Shown: positions 15,377 to 24,000, numbered from the stretch's first letter. The stretch is DNA of 24,000 nucleotides from Azorhizobium sp. (GCA_965227945.1 CBDDGQ010000006.1:3508781-3532780), one strand, 5' to 3'. Notes: generated by a model from the letters alone, not told the origin. Translations and numbers: made by a program.

Positions 15377-15595
15377 CTAGTTGCCGCGACTGCGCTGATA
15401 GCGCGCCCGGAGCCAGAAGAGCAGGAAAAAGCCGAGCACGAGCAGCGCGCCGAAGACGCCAGCCAGCCATGGCGAGACATCGCCAAGCGCGATCATCACC
15501 CGCGGCAGGAAATAGAACACCGCGCCCGTGCCGAGCAGAATGCAGAGCGCTGCCAGCGCCGGCGACTTGCCCTTGCGTTCCGGTGCGTCGGTCAT
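15377..15595 (-). CDS. Small two-TM membrane protein (72 aa), function unknown
   Basis: Sequence MTDAPERKGKSPALAALCILLGTGAVFYFLPRVMIALGDVSPWLAGVFGALLVLGFFLLFWLRARYQRSRGN. Its ATG (15593-15595) overlaps the GNAT stop (15592-15594) as ATGA. It has two clear hydrophobic helices and positively charged ends. Confidence 0.55.
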   Translation of the reverse strand: MTDAPERKGKSPALAALCILLGTGAVFYFLPRVMIALGDVSPWLAGVFGALLVLGFFLLFWLRARYQRSRGN

Positions 15596-16272
15596 GCTGC
15601 AATCTCCGCGCGGATGTCTTCCAGGCGACGTTTCTGCTGGCCTTCGGCATCGAAATTGTCAGGTGAGAGCCAGGCGTCGAAAGCCTTGGCAAGGAGTGGC
15701 CACTCCCCGTCGATGATCGAGAACCATGCGGTATCGCGGTTCTCGCCCTTGGACAGCATATGCTGGCGGAAGACGCCCTCGAAGGTGAAGCCGAGGCGGG
15801 CGGCGGTGCGCTTGCTGGCCTCGTTGCCGTTGTGGCATTTCCATTCGTAGCGGCGATAACCGAGATCCTCGAAAGCGTGCTTGGCAAGCAGGTATTGCGC
15901 CTCGGTCGAGAGCGGCGAGCGGGACATGCCGCCACCGTGGGCGATGCCGCCAATCTCAACGACGCCGTTTGCCGGGTCGGGCCGCATGTAATGCGCCATC
16001 CCGACAATCTTGCCGGCCGCCTTGTCGATGATCACCTCGCGCACCCAGCCGGACGTGATGACCGCTTCCGACCAGGAATCAAAATCCTCGATGCTGGCGA
16101 AATCGGCCTGCGTGAAATAGCGCAGCAGCGGGTTGATCTGCATGCCACCGAAGGCCTCCCAGAGGGCCTTTAGGTGTTTTTCCCGCTGGTAGGGCTCAAG
16201 GCGCACGGTACGGCCTTCGAGGGTGACGGGCGCCGGCGGCGGGCAGCCTTTCCAATCCTTAAGGTCGCGCAT
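15592..16272 (-). CDS. GNAT-family N-acetyltransferase (RimJ/RimL-like, Acetyltransf_3 type)
   Basis: 226 aa. Typical segments include VRLEPY..., GYRRYEWKCHNGNEASKRTAARLGFTFEGVFRQH. A GGAGGA SD lies upstream of ATG 16272. Confidence 0.85.
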   Translation of the reverse strand: MRDLKDWKGCPPPAPVTLEGRTVRLEPYQREKHLKALWEAFGGMQINPLLRYFTQADFASIEDFDSWSEAVITSGWVREVIIDKAAGKIVGMAHYMRPDPANGVVEIGGIAHGGGMSRSPLSTEAQYLLAKHAFEDLGYRRYEWKCHNGNEASKRTAARLGFTFEGVFRQHMLSKGENRDTAWFSIIDGEWPLLAKAFDAWLSPDNFDAEGQQKRRLEDIRAEIAA

Positions 16273-16338
16273 GAAAATCCTCCTTCGGTCCTTGCCGAAG
16301 GGATAGAGCAGCGCGCGGGCGCGCGCAATGTTGAAAGC

Positions 16339-16363
16339 GGGGAGCGGCGTTCCGCCGCTCCCC
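16339..16363 (-). terminator. Rho-independent-type terminator after the DUF533 gene
   Basis: GGGGAGCGGCG (16339-16349) pairs with CGCCGCTCCCC (16353-16363): an 11-bp perfect stem starting 8 nt after the stop. On the minus strand it is followed by GCTTTCAACATT. Confidence 0.6.
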
Positions 16364-16370
16364 CAAATCC

Positions 16371-17063
16371 TCAGACGGTGGCGGCGGAAACCGTCGCCTC
16401 GATGTGGTCGACCAGCGCATCGGCAAGGCCGAGGCGGCCGGCGAGCAGGTCGAGATAGCCGCGTTCGGCGCGCGACTTCGGCTCGATGGCGAGGCGCGAG
16501 GCTGTGTAGAGTTCGACGCGCTGCTCTTCGGTCGTCGCAGCAGCGATGATCGCGTCGAGATCGACCGGGTTGGCCAGCTCCTCTTCGAGGAACTGCGTGG
16601 CATCCGCACCGAGGCCGGAAACCTTCAGCTTGTCCATGATGCGGGCGCGCTCGGCCTCGTCGATATGGCCGTCGGCACGCGAGGCGGCGATCATGGCGCG
16701 CACGAGGATGAGGGCGAAATCCGTGCTGACGGCTTCAGGATGGAAGCCGGAATCGGTCGGCGGCGGCAAGAGCTCTGGCGTTCCGCCCTGCGTCGTCTCG
16801 ACCGGGTTCTGGCCGGCCTTGTAGTTCTTGTAGGCCTGGTAGCCGAGGCCGGCGATGGCGGCAAGGCTACCGATCTTCAGCGCGGAGCCGGCCACCTGGC
16901 GGCCGGTGCCCGTACCGAGAAGAACGCCGGCGATGGCGATCGAGGCAAGTGGATTGTCCTTGGCGAGCTGCGTCACCTGGCCCGCGCGGTCGCGCACGGA
17001 TCCGCCGGCACCAGGCACCTGCGAACCGAGGAACTGGTCAAGCAACTTCTTGGCGTCAAACAT
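16371..17063 (-). CDS. DUF533 / TerB-like (YebE-type) membrane-associated protein
   Basis: I chose ATG 17063 (MFDAKKLLDQFLG...; GGAGA SD). It has a central hydrophobic, Gly-rich segment and a C-terminal TerB-like region (ILVRAMIAASRADGHIDEAERARI...YTASRLAI). Confidence 0.8.
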   Translation of the reverse strand: MFDAKKLLDQFLGSQVPGAGGSVRDRAGQVTQLAKDNPLASIAIAGVLLGTGTGRQVAGSALKIGSLAAIAGLGYQAYKNYKAGQNPVETTQGGTPELLPPPTDSGFHPEAVSTDFALILVRAMIAASRADGHIDEAERARIMDKLKVSGLGADATQFLEEELANPVDLDAIIAAATTEEQRVELYTASRLAIEPKSRAERGYLDLLAGRLGLADALVDHIEATVSAATV

Positions 17064-17152
17064 GGGCGGTCTCCGTTTCACTTGTTCTCTTGCATCGCAA
17101 GGGCCGACAGCAAGGCAAGATAGGAATGCACGCCCTGAATTACAAATGCATA

Positions 17153-17175
17153 ACGGGCGACCAAGGGGCGCCCGT
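17153..17175 (-). terminator. Putative terminator after eda
   Basis: ACGGGCG and CGCCCGT form a 7-bp stem with a 9-nt loop. On the minus strand it is followed by TTATGCATTTGTAATT. Confidence 0.4.
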
Positions 17176-17197
17176 CTGCAAAACCGCTGAACCTGCC

Positions 17198-17836
17198 TCA
17201 GCCCTTAAGTGCCGACGCTTCCGCGGCGAGCTTGGTGATGCCCGCCCAGTCACCCTTGGCGACGAGGTCCTTCGGTGCCACCCAAGAGCCGCCGACGCAG
17301 ACGACATTCGGCAGCGAGAGGTAGTCGCGGGCATTCGCGAGCGAAATGCCACCCGTCGGGCAGAACAGCGTGCCGGCGAGCGGTGAGGACAGCGATTTCA
17401 GGTAAGCGGCTCCGCCCGCCTGCTCGGCCGGGAAGAACTTCAGAACCTGGTAGCCCTCTTCGCGAAGACCCATGACCTCGCTGGCCGTAGCGGCACCCGG
17501 CAGCAGGGGGATGTCGCTGTCGGCAGCCGCGTCGATCAGCTCCTGCGTCGTGCCGGGGCTGACGATGAACTGCGAGCCGGCCTCGACCGCCGCCTCGAAC
17601 TGCGCAGCATTGAGGATCGTGCCGGCACCGGCAACGGCACCTTCAACCTCGTTGGCGACCGCGCGGATCGCCTCCAGCGCGGCGGGCGTGCGCAGCGTGA
17701 TTTCGATGGCCTTGAGGCCGCCCGCCACCAGCGCGCGCGCCAGCGGAACGGCAGTCGAGAGGTCCTCGATGACCAGCACCGGCACCACCGGCTGCAGCTT
17801 CAGGACGGAAAGGAGCTTGGCGTTCTTCTCGCTCAT
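17198..17836 (-). CDS. eda: 2-dehydro-3-deoxy-6-phosphogluconate (KDPG) / 4-hydroxy-2-oxoglutarate aldolase
   Basis: 212 aa. Family-typical segments are [35 protein letters not shown], the Schiff-base Lys context LKFFPA, and PTGGI. Confidence 0.9.
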   Translation of the reverse strand: MSEKNAKLLSVLKLQPVVPVLVIEDLSTAVPLARALVAGGLKAIEITLRTPAALEAIRAVANEVEGAVAGAGTILNAAQFEAAVEAGSQFIVSPGTTQELIDAAADSDIPLLPGAATASEVMGLREEGYQVLKFFPAEQAGGAAYLKSLSSPLAGTLFCPTGGISLANARDYLSLPNVVCVGGSWVAPKDLVAKGDWAGITKLAAEASALKG

Positions 17837-17989
17837 GGCACGACCTTTTAAAACGATTGAATTTTGACCCGAATAGCGCGTCTGCGACGTCGTGTCGAGC
17901 CTAAAGCATGAAGGCTTCTCTTGTCATGACAGACTTATCGTGTAGTGTTCCCCTCGCCCAAGCCCATCTCCAACTGCGAAAGCGAGCCT

Positions 17990-18475
17990 ATGGCGAAAGA
18001 GATCGAGCGGAAGTTCCTGGTATCGGGGCAGCGGTGGCGTACCTTCGCAGACGAAGGCATCGCCATACGGCAGGCCTATATTGTCGCCCAGGACGACCGG
18101 TCTCTACGGGTCCGCATCTACGGCAACGGGCAGTCACGCATTACCCTCAAGGTCGGACACACCGCGCTCGTGCGCGATGAATACGAGTTCGAAGTCGACC
18201 GCGACGAGGCTGAGGACATGCTGCGCCATGCCATCGGCAACGTCATCCAGAAAGTCCGCTACAAGGTGCCCCACGAGGGCCACGTCTGGGAAGTCGATGT
18301 CTATGAGGGCGCCCATCGCGGGCTTGTCATCGCCGAGGTAGAGCTTGCCTCGATCCATGACGATCCGGAGCTGCCCAACTGGGTGGGCCGGGAAGTAACG
18401 GGCGAAAGCCAGTATTCCAACCAGTCCATGGCGCTCGGCATCAGCGACGGCGCGCGGCTGCATCAGCTCGCCTGA
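17990..18475 (+). CDS. CYTH-domain protein (triphosphate tunnel metalloenzyme family)
   Basis: I chose ATG 17990. The N-terminal ExExK signature is MAKEIERKFLV. Conserved basic and acidic strands follow (LRVRI, ITLK, EYEFEV, WEVDVYEG, VIAEVEL). Confidence 0.85.
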   Translation: MAKEIERKFLVSGQRWRTFADEGIAIRQAYIVAQDDRSLRVRIYGNGQSRITLKVGHTALVRDEYEFEVDRDEAEDMLRHAIGNVIQKVRYKVPHEGHVWEVDVYEGAHRGLVIAEVELASIHDDPELPNWVGREVTGESQYSNQSMALGISDGARLHQLA

Positions 18476-18509
18476 GCCGCTACGCCGCATTGCCTGAAAA
18501 GCGGCGAGG

Positions 18510-19463
18510 TTGTATGTGGCGGCCATGACTCACGAGATTTCTTCGCCCGTCCCGGCCAGCGGCTTTCTTGTCGCCGCGCTCTATCATTTCGTCGCGGTTC
18601 CGCGCTTTGCCGAACTGCGCCCCCCCCTGCAGGCGCTTTGCGAGGAAAACGGCGTGCGCGGGACGCTGCTGCTCGCCCATGAGGGCATCAACGGCACGAT
18701 CGCCGGCCCGGCCGATGGCCTCCGCCGTGTGCTCGCCTTCCTGCGCAGCCAGCCGGAATTCGCCGCACTGGAACACAAGGAAAGCCACGCGGCCGAGATG
18801 CCCTTCCTGCGCATGAAGGTGCGGCTGAAGAAGGAGATCGTCACGATGGGCGTCGAGGATATCGACCCCACGCGTTCCGTCGGCACCTATGTGGCGCCCG
18901 AGGACTGGAATGCGCTGATCTCCGACCCGGAGACGATCGTCATCGACACGCGCAACGACTACGAGACCGCAATCGGCATGTTCAAGGGCGCCGTGGATCC
19001 GAACACCAAGACCTTCCGCGAGTTTCCGGACTGGGTGCGGGAGAATACCGGCCTGCACAACAAGCCGAAGATCGCCATGTACTGCACCGGCGGCATCCGC
19101 TGCGAGAAGGCGACCGCCTTCATGAAGGAACAGGGGTTCGACGAGGTCTACCATCTGAAAGGTGGCATCCTGAAATATCTCGAGGAAGTGCCCGCAGAAG
19201 AAAGTCTCTGGGAGGGTGCGTGTTTCGTCTTCGACGAGCGCGTCTCCGTATTGCATGGCCTGGAAGAGGGCGAGCACAGGCTCTGCCGCGCTTGCCGTCA
19301 CCCGCTGACGGCAGAAGAGATCACTTCGCCGCTTTACGAGGCCGGCGTCTCCTGTCCGCACTGCCACGCAGCACGCAGCGAGGACGATCGCCTGCGCTTC
19401 CGTCAGCGCCAGTTGCAGATGGACCTTGCGAAGAAACGCGGCGAACGCCACCTCGGCAAATAA
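18510..19463 (+). CDS. trhO: Rhodanese-domain protein TrhO/YceA (UPF0176; tRNA U34 hydroxylase family)
   Basis: Conserved [16 protein letters not shown] and the rhodanese active-site loop [14 protein letters not shown]-terminal Cys cluster reads CRACRHP...CPHC. ATG 18525 is an alternative start. Confidence 0.85.
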   Translation: MYVAAMTHEISSPVPASGFLVAALYHFVAVPRFAELRPPLQALCEENGVRGTLLLAHEGINGTIAGPADGLRRVLAFLRSQPEFAALEHKESHAAEMPFLRMKVRLKKEIVTMGVEDIDPTRSVGTYVAPEDWNALISDPETIVIDTRNDYETAIGMFKGAVDPNTKTFREFPDWVRENTGLHNKPKIAMYCTGGIRCEKATAFMKEQGFDEVYHLKGGILKYLEEVPAEESLWEGACFVFDERVSVLHGLEEGEHRLCRACRHPLTAEEITSPLYEAGVSCPHCHAARSEDDRLRFRQRQLQMDLAKKRGERHLGK

Positions 19464-21659
19464 TCAGCCGGCCGCAGCCTCGATATCGGCCGGCGGAGCG
19501 AGCAGATCGCTGATCGCCGCCTCGCTCATTGGCCTGCCGAAGAAATAGCCCTGCAGCTGGTCGCAGCCGCACAGATGGAGGAAGGCGGCCTGTTCCGCCG
19601 TCTCCACCCCCTCGGCCGTCACCGGCATGTCGAAGGATGTGGCGAGCGCCACCGTCGCCTGCAGCATTGCACCGCCCTTCGGCGACTGCTCGCCGGCAAT
19701 CGTGAGCGAGCGGTCGATCTTCATGCGGTCGAAGCCGAAGCGGATGAGATAGCCGATGCTGGAAAAGCCGGCGCCGAAATCATCGAGCGCGATACGCACG
19801 CCACCGGCCTTCAGCCGGTCCATGACGAGTTTCGCCCGGCCCGGGTTCTGGATGAAATAGCCCTCGGTGATTTCCAGCGTCACACGGGACGGCGCAATGC
19901 CCGCCTCCGCGATGATGCTCAGCGCCCGGTCCGGGAAATAGGGATTGCGGAACTGCGCCGGCGACACGTTGATCGAGACGTCCACCTCCGGCCAGTTGCG
20001 TGCCGCCTCGCAGGCCCGCTTCAGGACAAGCGGCCCGAGCGCATCGATGATGCCGGTCGATTCCGCCAAGGGGATGAAGACGTCCGGCGGCACGGGCTTC
20101 GTTCCGCCGCGCGACCAGCGGGCGAGCGCCTCGACGCCGCAGATGGCCCGGCTCCGCGCGGCGACGATCGGCTGGAACACGACGTCGATCTCACCGCGCG
20201 CAACGGCGGACCGCAAGGCCTCCTCCATCTCCCGCCGCTCGTCACGGTCGTCGTCCATCAGCGTTTCATAGTGCATGGCGCGGCCGCGGCCGGCATGCTT
20301 GGCGCGGTACATGGCGACATCCGCCCGCCGCAGAAGCTCCTCGCCCCCGACGCCGCCCCGGCGCGAGACAGCAAGGCCGATGCTGGCACCGACCACGGCA
20401 ACGCGCTCGCCGATTGCGAGAGGTTCGGAGAAGAAATCCAGAATGGACCGGGTGAGGCGCTCAGCCTCCGGCCCATCGGGCCCGTCGATGAAAGCGATGG
20501 CGAATTCATCGCCGCCGATGCGGGCCAGCATGGCCTTGGCCGGAACGAGACGCGAGAGCCCGGCCGAAACCCCGCGGATCAGCCGGTCGCCGACCGCATG
20601 GCCATAGAAATCATTGACATCCTTGAAACCGTCGAGGTCGAGATAGAGCATCACGACGTCGCCCTCCTCCTCCCTCGCACGGGCATTCAGCTCGTCAAGG
20701 CCGAGATAGAGGCCGGTGCGATTCCGGAGGCCGCTCAGCCTGTCGGTGAGAGCCTGGGTCCGGGCCGTGTTCTCATCCGCCTTGAGACGGATCGTAAAGG
20801 CCGCGCCGGTCAAAACGAGAAGCACGAAAAAGAAGACGACACCGGCCAGCGCCAGCAGCACCAGGGGACGCACTTGCGCATAGCTCTGGTCACCCGGCGC
20901 ATCCGGTGTCCAGGAAAGAAAACCGATGGCCCTGCCGCCCGGATCGTTCAGCGGAACGGCGAGGCCTGCCGGCGGGGCAGCCTCGGTCAGCATCAGGCCC
21001 GAGATCAGGAAGTTGTCGGCGATGCGGGCAATGCGGGCCGGTGTCAGGTGCCGGATGATGAAGAGCGTGCGCAGGGCCTCCGAGGGTGCCTTGACCGCAT
21101 CGGACATCGGCCGGATCGCGGAAATGGCGCCGACCGCCGGCCCGTCCGGCGTTTGCAGGAAGGCCCCCAATTCTTCGCCCGGATCGAGCCCGGCCTCAAG
21201 GATCTTGCGGTGCATGTCCGTGAAGGTTGGGCCGCCATAGGCGCGTGCATCGGCCTCGACAGGCGCACCATTGCGATAGGCAAGCATCGTCTTGCCCGCT
21301 TCATCGATCAGGAAGACCGTGTCGAAGAGCGGCCCGCCTTCCGTGGCAACCCCCATATTGGCAACCAGCCACGGCATATCGGGCGTGCCGTAGGTGGCCT
21401 GCACCGCGTCGTCCCAGACGGCATAGTCGCGCACGGTGGTGACCATGGAACTGCGCATGGAGGAGAGCGCGCCAAACACCGTCTGGCGCGTGCGCTCCGC
21501 ATCGAGCTCGTTCGCCCGGTTCGCAAGGAAGCCGAGCGCCATCATGACGAGCACGGTCGCAAGGCTGACGACGACGGCAAAGGAGGCCAGCACGCCCAGC
21601 ACGACTGCAAGCCGTCGGGCGCCGATCATGCCAGAAAGGTGGCGCGCTAGCCGCAGCAT
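19464..21659 (-). CDS. Membrane sensor with periplasmic CHASE4-like domain, GGDEF and EAL domains (c-di-GMP turnover)
   Basis: I chose ATG 21659 (GGAG 6 nt upstream); the track start at 21671 is a TTG. Two TMs flank a periplasmic domain of about 230 aa. The GGDEF motif is intact (RIGGDEFAI, nt 20502-20516), as are the EAL motif (EALARW, nt 20115-20132) and DDFGAGFSS. Confidence 0.9.
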   Translation of the reverse strand: MLRLARHLSGMIGARRLAVVLGVLASFAVVVSLATVLVMMALGFLANRANELDAERTRQTVFGALSSMRSSMVTTVRDYAVWDDAVQATYGTPDMPWLVANMGVATEGGPLFDTVFLIDEAGKTMLAYRNGAPVEADARAYGGPTFTDMHRKILEAGLDPGEELGAFLQTPDGPAVGAISAIRPMSDAVKAPSEALRTLFIIRHLTPARIARIADNFLISGLMLTEAAPPAGLAVPLNDPGGRAIGFLSWTPDAPGDQSYAQVRPLVLLALAGVVFFFVLLVLTGAAFTIRLKADENTARTQALTDRLSGLRNRTGLYLGLDELNARAREEEGDVVMLYLDLDGFKDVNDFYGHAVGDRLIRGVSAGLSRLVPAKAMLARIGGDEFAIAFIDGPDGPEAERLTRSILDFFSEPLAIGERVAVVGASIGLAVSRRGGVGGEELLRRADVAMYRAKHAGRGRAMHYETLMDDDRDERREMEEALRSAVARGEIDVVFQPIVAARSRAICGVEALARWSRGGTKPVPPDVFIPLAESTGIIDALGPLVLKRACEAARNWPEVDVSINVSPAQFRNPYFPDRALSIIAEAGIAPSRVTLEITEGYFIQNPGRAKLVMDRLKAGGVRIALDDFGAGFSSIGYLIRFGFDRMKIDRSLTIAGEQSPKGGAMLQATVALATSFDMPVTAEGVETAEQAAFLHLCGCDQLQGYFFGRPMSEAAISDLLAPPADIEAAAG

Positions 21660-21746
21660 CGTCTTCTCCAACCAGGCGGAAATGATGCGGCAGAACCGTT
21701 ATGAATCCTTTACGGCCGGCACGACAATACAAGGGAGTGCGGGCCG

Positions 21747-23120
21747 CTAGGCGGCCTGATGATTGCCCTTGGGAAAGGCCCGGGCAAGTTCGGCATACCA
21801 CTTGCCGCTTTTCTTGACCGTGCGGACCTGCGTGCCATAGTCGACATGCACGATGCCGAAGCGCATCCGGTACCCTTCGGCCCATTCGAAATTGTCCATG
21901 AGGCTCCAGGCAAAATAGCCGCGCATCGGATAGCCTTCACGGATGAGATCTGCCGTAACGTCGAGATGTTCGGCGATGTAGTCGAGGCGCGGCTGGTCGT
22001 CGACCGCACCGTTTTCCACCTCCATATTGTAGCAGGCGCCGTTTTCCGTGATGTAACAGGCGGGCAGCGCATAATCCGCATTGAGCTTGCGGATGAGATC
22101 CCCGAGCGCCGGCGCAAACACCTCCCAGCCTATATCCGTCCTGATGTCGGTAACCGGCGGTGCCGGCACGGTCGCGGGGAATTCCGCCCCTTCCGACACA
22201 TCGTGCGCAACCCGCATCGGCGTATAATAATTGAGCCCCCACCAGTCGAGCGGCTGGCTGATCGTCTCCATGTCGCCCGGCTCGATCGCCGGCATGCGAT
22301 CGCCGAGCGCCGAGAGGAAGCTTTCGGGATATTCACCCTTGAAGACCGGCCCGAAGAAGACGCCGTTGTGAAAATCGAAAGCGCGCGTGGCCGCCGCCAG
22401 GTCGGCCTCCCCGGCGCGACCGGCATAGATGGAATGCGCATTGAGAACGAGACCGGTGGCAAGCTGCGGGCGCTCGGCGCGGATCGCCGCAACACCGAGG
22501 CCATGCGCCAGGTTGGTAAAGTGCAGGGCGTGCAGCGCGGCGTCCATGTTGCACTCACCCGGTGCGTGAATGCCGTAGAGATGGCTTAGCCAGACGGAAC
22601 ACCAGGGCTCATTGAAGGTCGCGACCGCATCCAGCCGATCGCCCAGCCGGGCGATCACGGTCTTCGCATAACGCTGGTAGGCATAGGCCGTCTGCCGCGC
22701 CGTCCAGCCGCCATCGCCGGCCAGCATCAACGGCAGGTCCCAGTGATAAAGCGTCGCAAAGGCCTTGATGCCACGTGCCTTCAGGCCATCCACGAGGCGA
22801 TCGTAGAAATCCAGCCCCTTCTCGTTCACCGGCCCCGTGCCTTCGGGGATGACGCGCGGCCAGGCGATGGAGAACCGGTAGGCCGACACGCCGAGTGACT
22901 GGATGAGATCGAGGTCCTCTTCCAGCCGGTTGTAGTGATCGCAGGCCACATCGCCATTGTGCCGGCCATAGACACGGCCCGGCATGTTGGCAAACGCATC
23001 CCAGATCGAGGGCTTGCGACCATCCAGCTTCGTAGCGCCCTCGATCTGGAAGGCGGCCGTCGCCACGCCGAACACGAAGTCGCCGGGAAACCGGCCGGCA
23101 AGGATCTTGGGATCGTTCAT
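21747..23120 (-). CDS. GH1-family beta-glucosidase
   Basis: I chose ATG 23120 (MNDPKILAGRFPGDFVFGVATAAFQIEG...). The acid/base motif TFNEPW and nucleophile motif YITENG are present, along with YHWDLP and the C-terminal WSLMDNFEWAEGY. Confidence 0.92.
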   Translation of the reverse strand: MNDPKILAGRFPGDFVFGVATAAFQIEGATKLDGRKPSIWDAFANMPGRVYGRHNGDVACDHYNRLEEDLDLIQSLGVSAYRFSIAWPRVIPEGTGPVNEKGLDFYDRLVDGLKARGIKAFATLYHWDLPLMLAGDGGWTARQTAYAYQRYAKTVIARLGDRLDAVATFNEPWCSVWLSHLYGIHAPGECNMDAALHALHFTNLAHGLGVAAIRAERPQLATGLVLNAHSIYAGRAGEADLAAATRAFDFHNGVFFGPVFKGEYPESFLSALGDRMPAIEPGDMETISQPLDWWGLNYYTPMRVAHDVSEGAEFPATVPAPPVTDIRTDIGWEVFAPALGDLIRKLNADYALPACYITENGACYNMEVENGAVDDQPRLDYIAEHLDVTADLIREGYPMRGYFAWSLMDNFEWAEGYRMRFGIVHVDYGTQVRTVKKSGKWYAELARAFPKGNHQAA

Positions 23121-23158
23121 TGTCGTCTTTCGTGCGCAGCAAGCGCGTATCATTGGAA

Positions 23159-23174
23159 ACTGCAACGTTGCAGT
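23159..23174. promoter_or_regulatory. Perfect 16-bp palindrome ACTGCAACGTTGCAGT; LacI-family-type operator candidate upstream of the beta-glucosidase gene
   Basis: A perfect dyad with a central CG, 39-54 nt upstream of the bgl start codon. A half-site, TGCAAC, recurs at 23223-23228. Confidence 0.45.
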
Positions 23175-23328
23175 AAGAGTCTTGGCCGTAAAAATCAATG
23201 CCTTTCGCATTCGACCGGGTTTTGCAACCTGCAGCAAAGGGTCGCGAGAATCGTCAAACAGGGATTGCTTAAACAAAGGTTAGGAATTTGTCCCTTAAAC
23301 TACCAATAGCTGGGACGGAGACACTGGC

Positions 23329-24000
23329 GTGGTACGACGAATTGCGAAGCATCTCGTGCGGAAGGGCATGTTCGTAGAATCGCTGGAATGCCCGAACGCC
23401 GAATTCTCAGGGCGTCGCTTCCTTGTCCAGTCCGACGAAACCGTACGGGCGATCCTCGCGACCTCCGCCGCCTATGCACTGGTCAATCCACAAAAAAGCA
23501 CGGTGGACATAGACCTCGCCACCGGCCCCGCCCCTGCAACGCAAGCCGCCGAAGAGCGCAAGCGCACGCTGGAGACAGTGGCAGAATCGGCCCGATCCCT
23601 GCGCACCAGCTTCGACGCAGCGAGAACCGGCCAGCTGGAAATCGACGCGCTGTCCCCGGTCGCCGACGAGATTTCCGACCGTATCGACGCCGACCCCGAT
23701 GTTTTCCTGAAGGTCACGCGCCTGAAGACGAAGGACGAGGGCACCTACGTGCATTCGCTGGCTGTCAGTGCGCTGATGATGCGCCTTGCCCGCCTGCTCG
23801 GCCATGACGACAGCGCTGTGCGCGAGCTCGGCGTTGCAGGCTTGCTGCACGATGTCGGCAAGCTGATGATCCCGAATGCCGTCCTCAACAAGAGCGGCCG
23901 GCTGGACAGCGACGAAAAGCGCCTGGTGCGCGGCCATCCCGAGCTCGGATATCGCCTGCTGAAGGAGCAGGCCAACGTTTCCGATCTGGTGCTCGACATC
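23329..24000 (+). CDS. HD-GYP-domain protein with DUF3391-like N-terminus (5' part; continues beyond window end)
   Basis: This frame is not in the ORF track because it has no stop in the window. It reads VVRRIAKHLVRKGMFVESLE...DEGTYVHSLAVSALMMRLARLLG...LLHDVGKLMIPNAVLNKSGRLDSDEKRLVRGHPELGYRLL. The HD motif is at 23848-23853. I chose GTG 23329 (GGAG 8 nt upstream); ATG 23368 is an alternative. Confidence 0.8.
   Translation, partial: MVRRIAKHLVRKGMFVESLECPNAEFSGRRFLVQSDETVRAILATSAAYALVNPQKSTVDIDLATGPAPATQAAEERKRTLETVAESARSLRTSFDAARTGQLEIDALSPVADEISDRIDADPDVFLKVTRLKTKDEGTYVHSLAVSALMMRLARLLGHDDSAVRELGVAGLLHDVGKLMIPNAVLNKSGRLDSDEKRLVRGHPELGYRLLKEQANVSDLVLDI

Noticed and set aside
15276-16007. 243-aa minus-strand ORF overlapping the GNAT gene and the small membrane ORF in another frame
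   Set aside because: Ser/Arg/Pro/Ala-rich low-complexity sequence. It conflicts with two better-supported, translationally coupled genes.
18480-19451. 323-aa minus-strand ORF antisense to trhO
   Set aside because: No motifs and a shadow-frame composition. The plus strand encodes a well-conserved rhodanese/TrhO protein.
19575-21650. 691-aa plus-strand ORF antisense to the GGDEF-EAL gene
   Set aside because: Same reasoning: an Arg/Gly/Asp-rich shadow frame. The opposite strand carries intact CHASE4, GGDEF and EAL signatures.
23388-23807. 139-aa plus-strand ORF in the track at the right end of the window
   Set aside because: It is the wrong frame (Arg/Pro-rich). The adjacent frame, opening at GTG 23329, encodes clear DUF3391-like and HD-GYP sequence and runs to the window end without a stop.
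1-24000. Search for defence or novel multi-gene systems (CRISPR repeats, toxin-antitoxin pairs, retron/DGR-like repeats, restriction-modification, phage genes), tRNA/rRNA genes, and long direct repeats marking an island
   Set aside because: None found by eye. Apart from the IS630 terminal repeats and the short motifs and palindromes reported, there is no periodic repeat array, integrase or phage-like gene. Both GNAT genes lack the small RHH/DUF1778-type partner expected for GNAT toxin systems.

Overview
High-GC, densely coding chromosomal segment that looks alphaproteobacterial and Rhizobiaceae-like; the taxon is inferred from protein content and intergenic palindromes. I found no rRNA, tRNA, CRISPR array, prophage or recognisable defence system.

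Gene content, left to right:
- 1-7860: a minus-strand operon (GntR regulator, SDR, PotD/A/B/C-type ABC importer) transcribed divergently from one long gene that fuses an APH-type kinase to a class-III aminotransferase-fold, phospho-lyase-like domain.
- 8015-9179: an IS630-family element with a two-ORF -1 frameshift layout, next to the 3' remnant of a LysE/RhtB exporter gene.
- ompW.
- A GNAT gene and a eukaryotic-type ornithine decarboxylase gene (odc), the latter preceded by a leader of about 400 nt.
- A LysR regulator, then a DUF1007 / NicO-type metal transporter pair.
- A second GNAT translationally coupled to a 72-aa membrane protein.
- A DUF533/TerB-like protein, eda, a CYTH protein and trhO.
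- A CHASE4-GGDEF-EAL protein, a GH1 beta-glucosidase, and the 5' part of an HD-GYP protein.

Most interesting:
1. The kinase/phospho-lyase fusion locus, a candidate amino-alcohol catabolic module. Its three intergenic regions share a TTGATRCAT-core motif.
2. The long odc leader, a candidate speF-type cis-regulatory RNA.

The rest is ordinary housekeeping or accessory metabolism. The many long antisense ORFs in the track are shadow ORFs of a high-GC genome.
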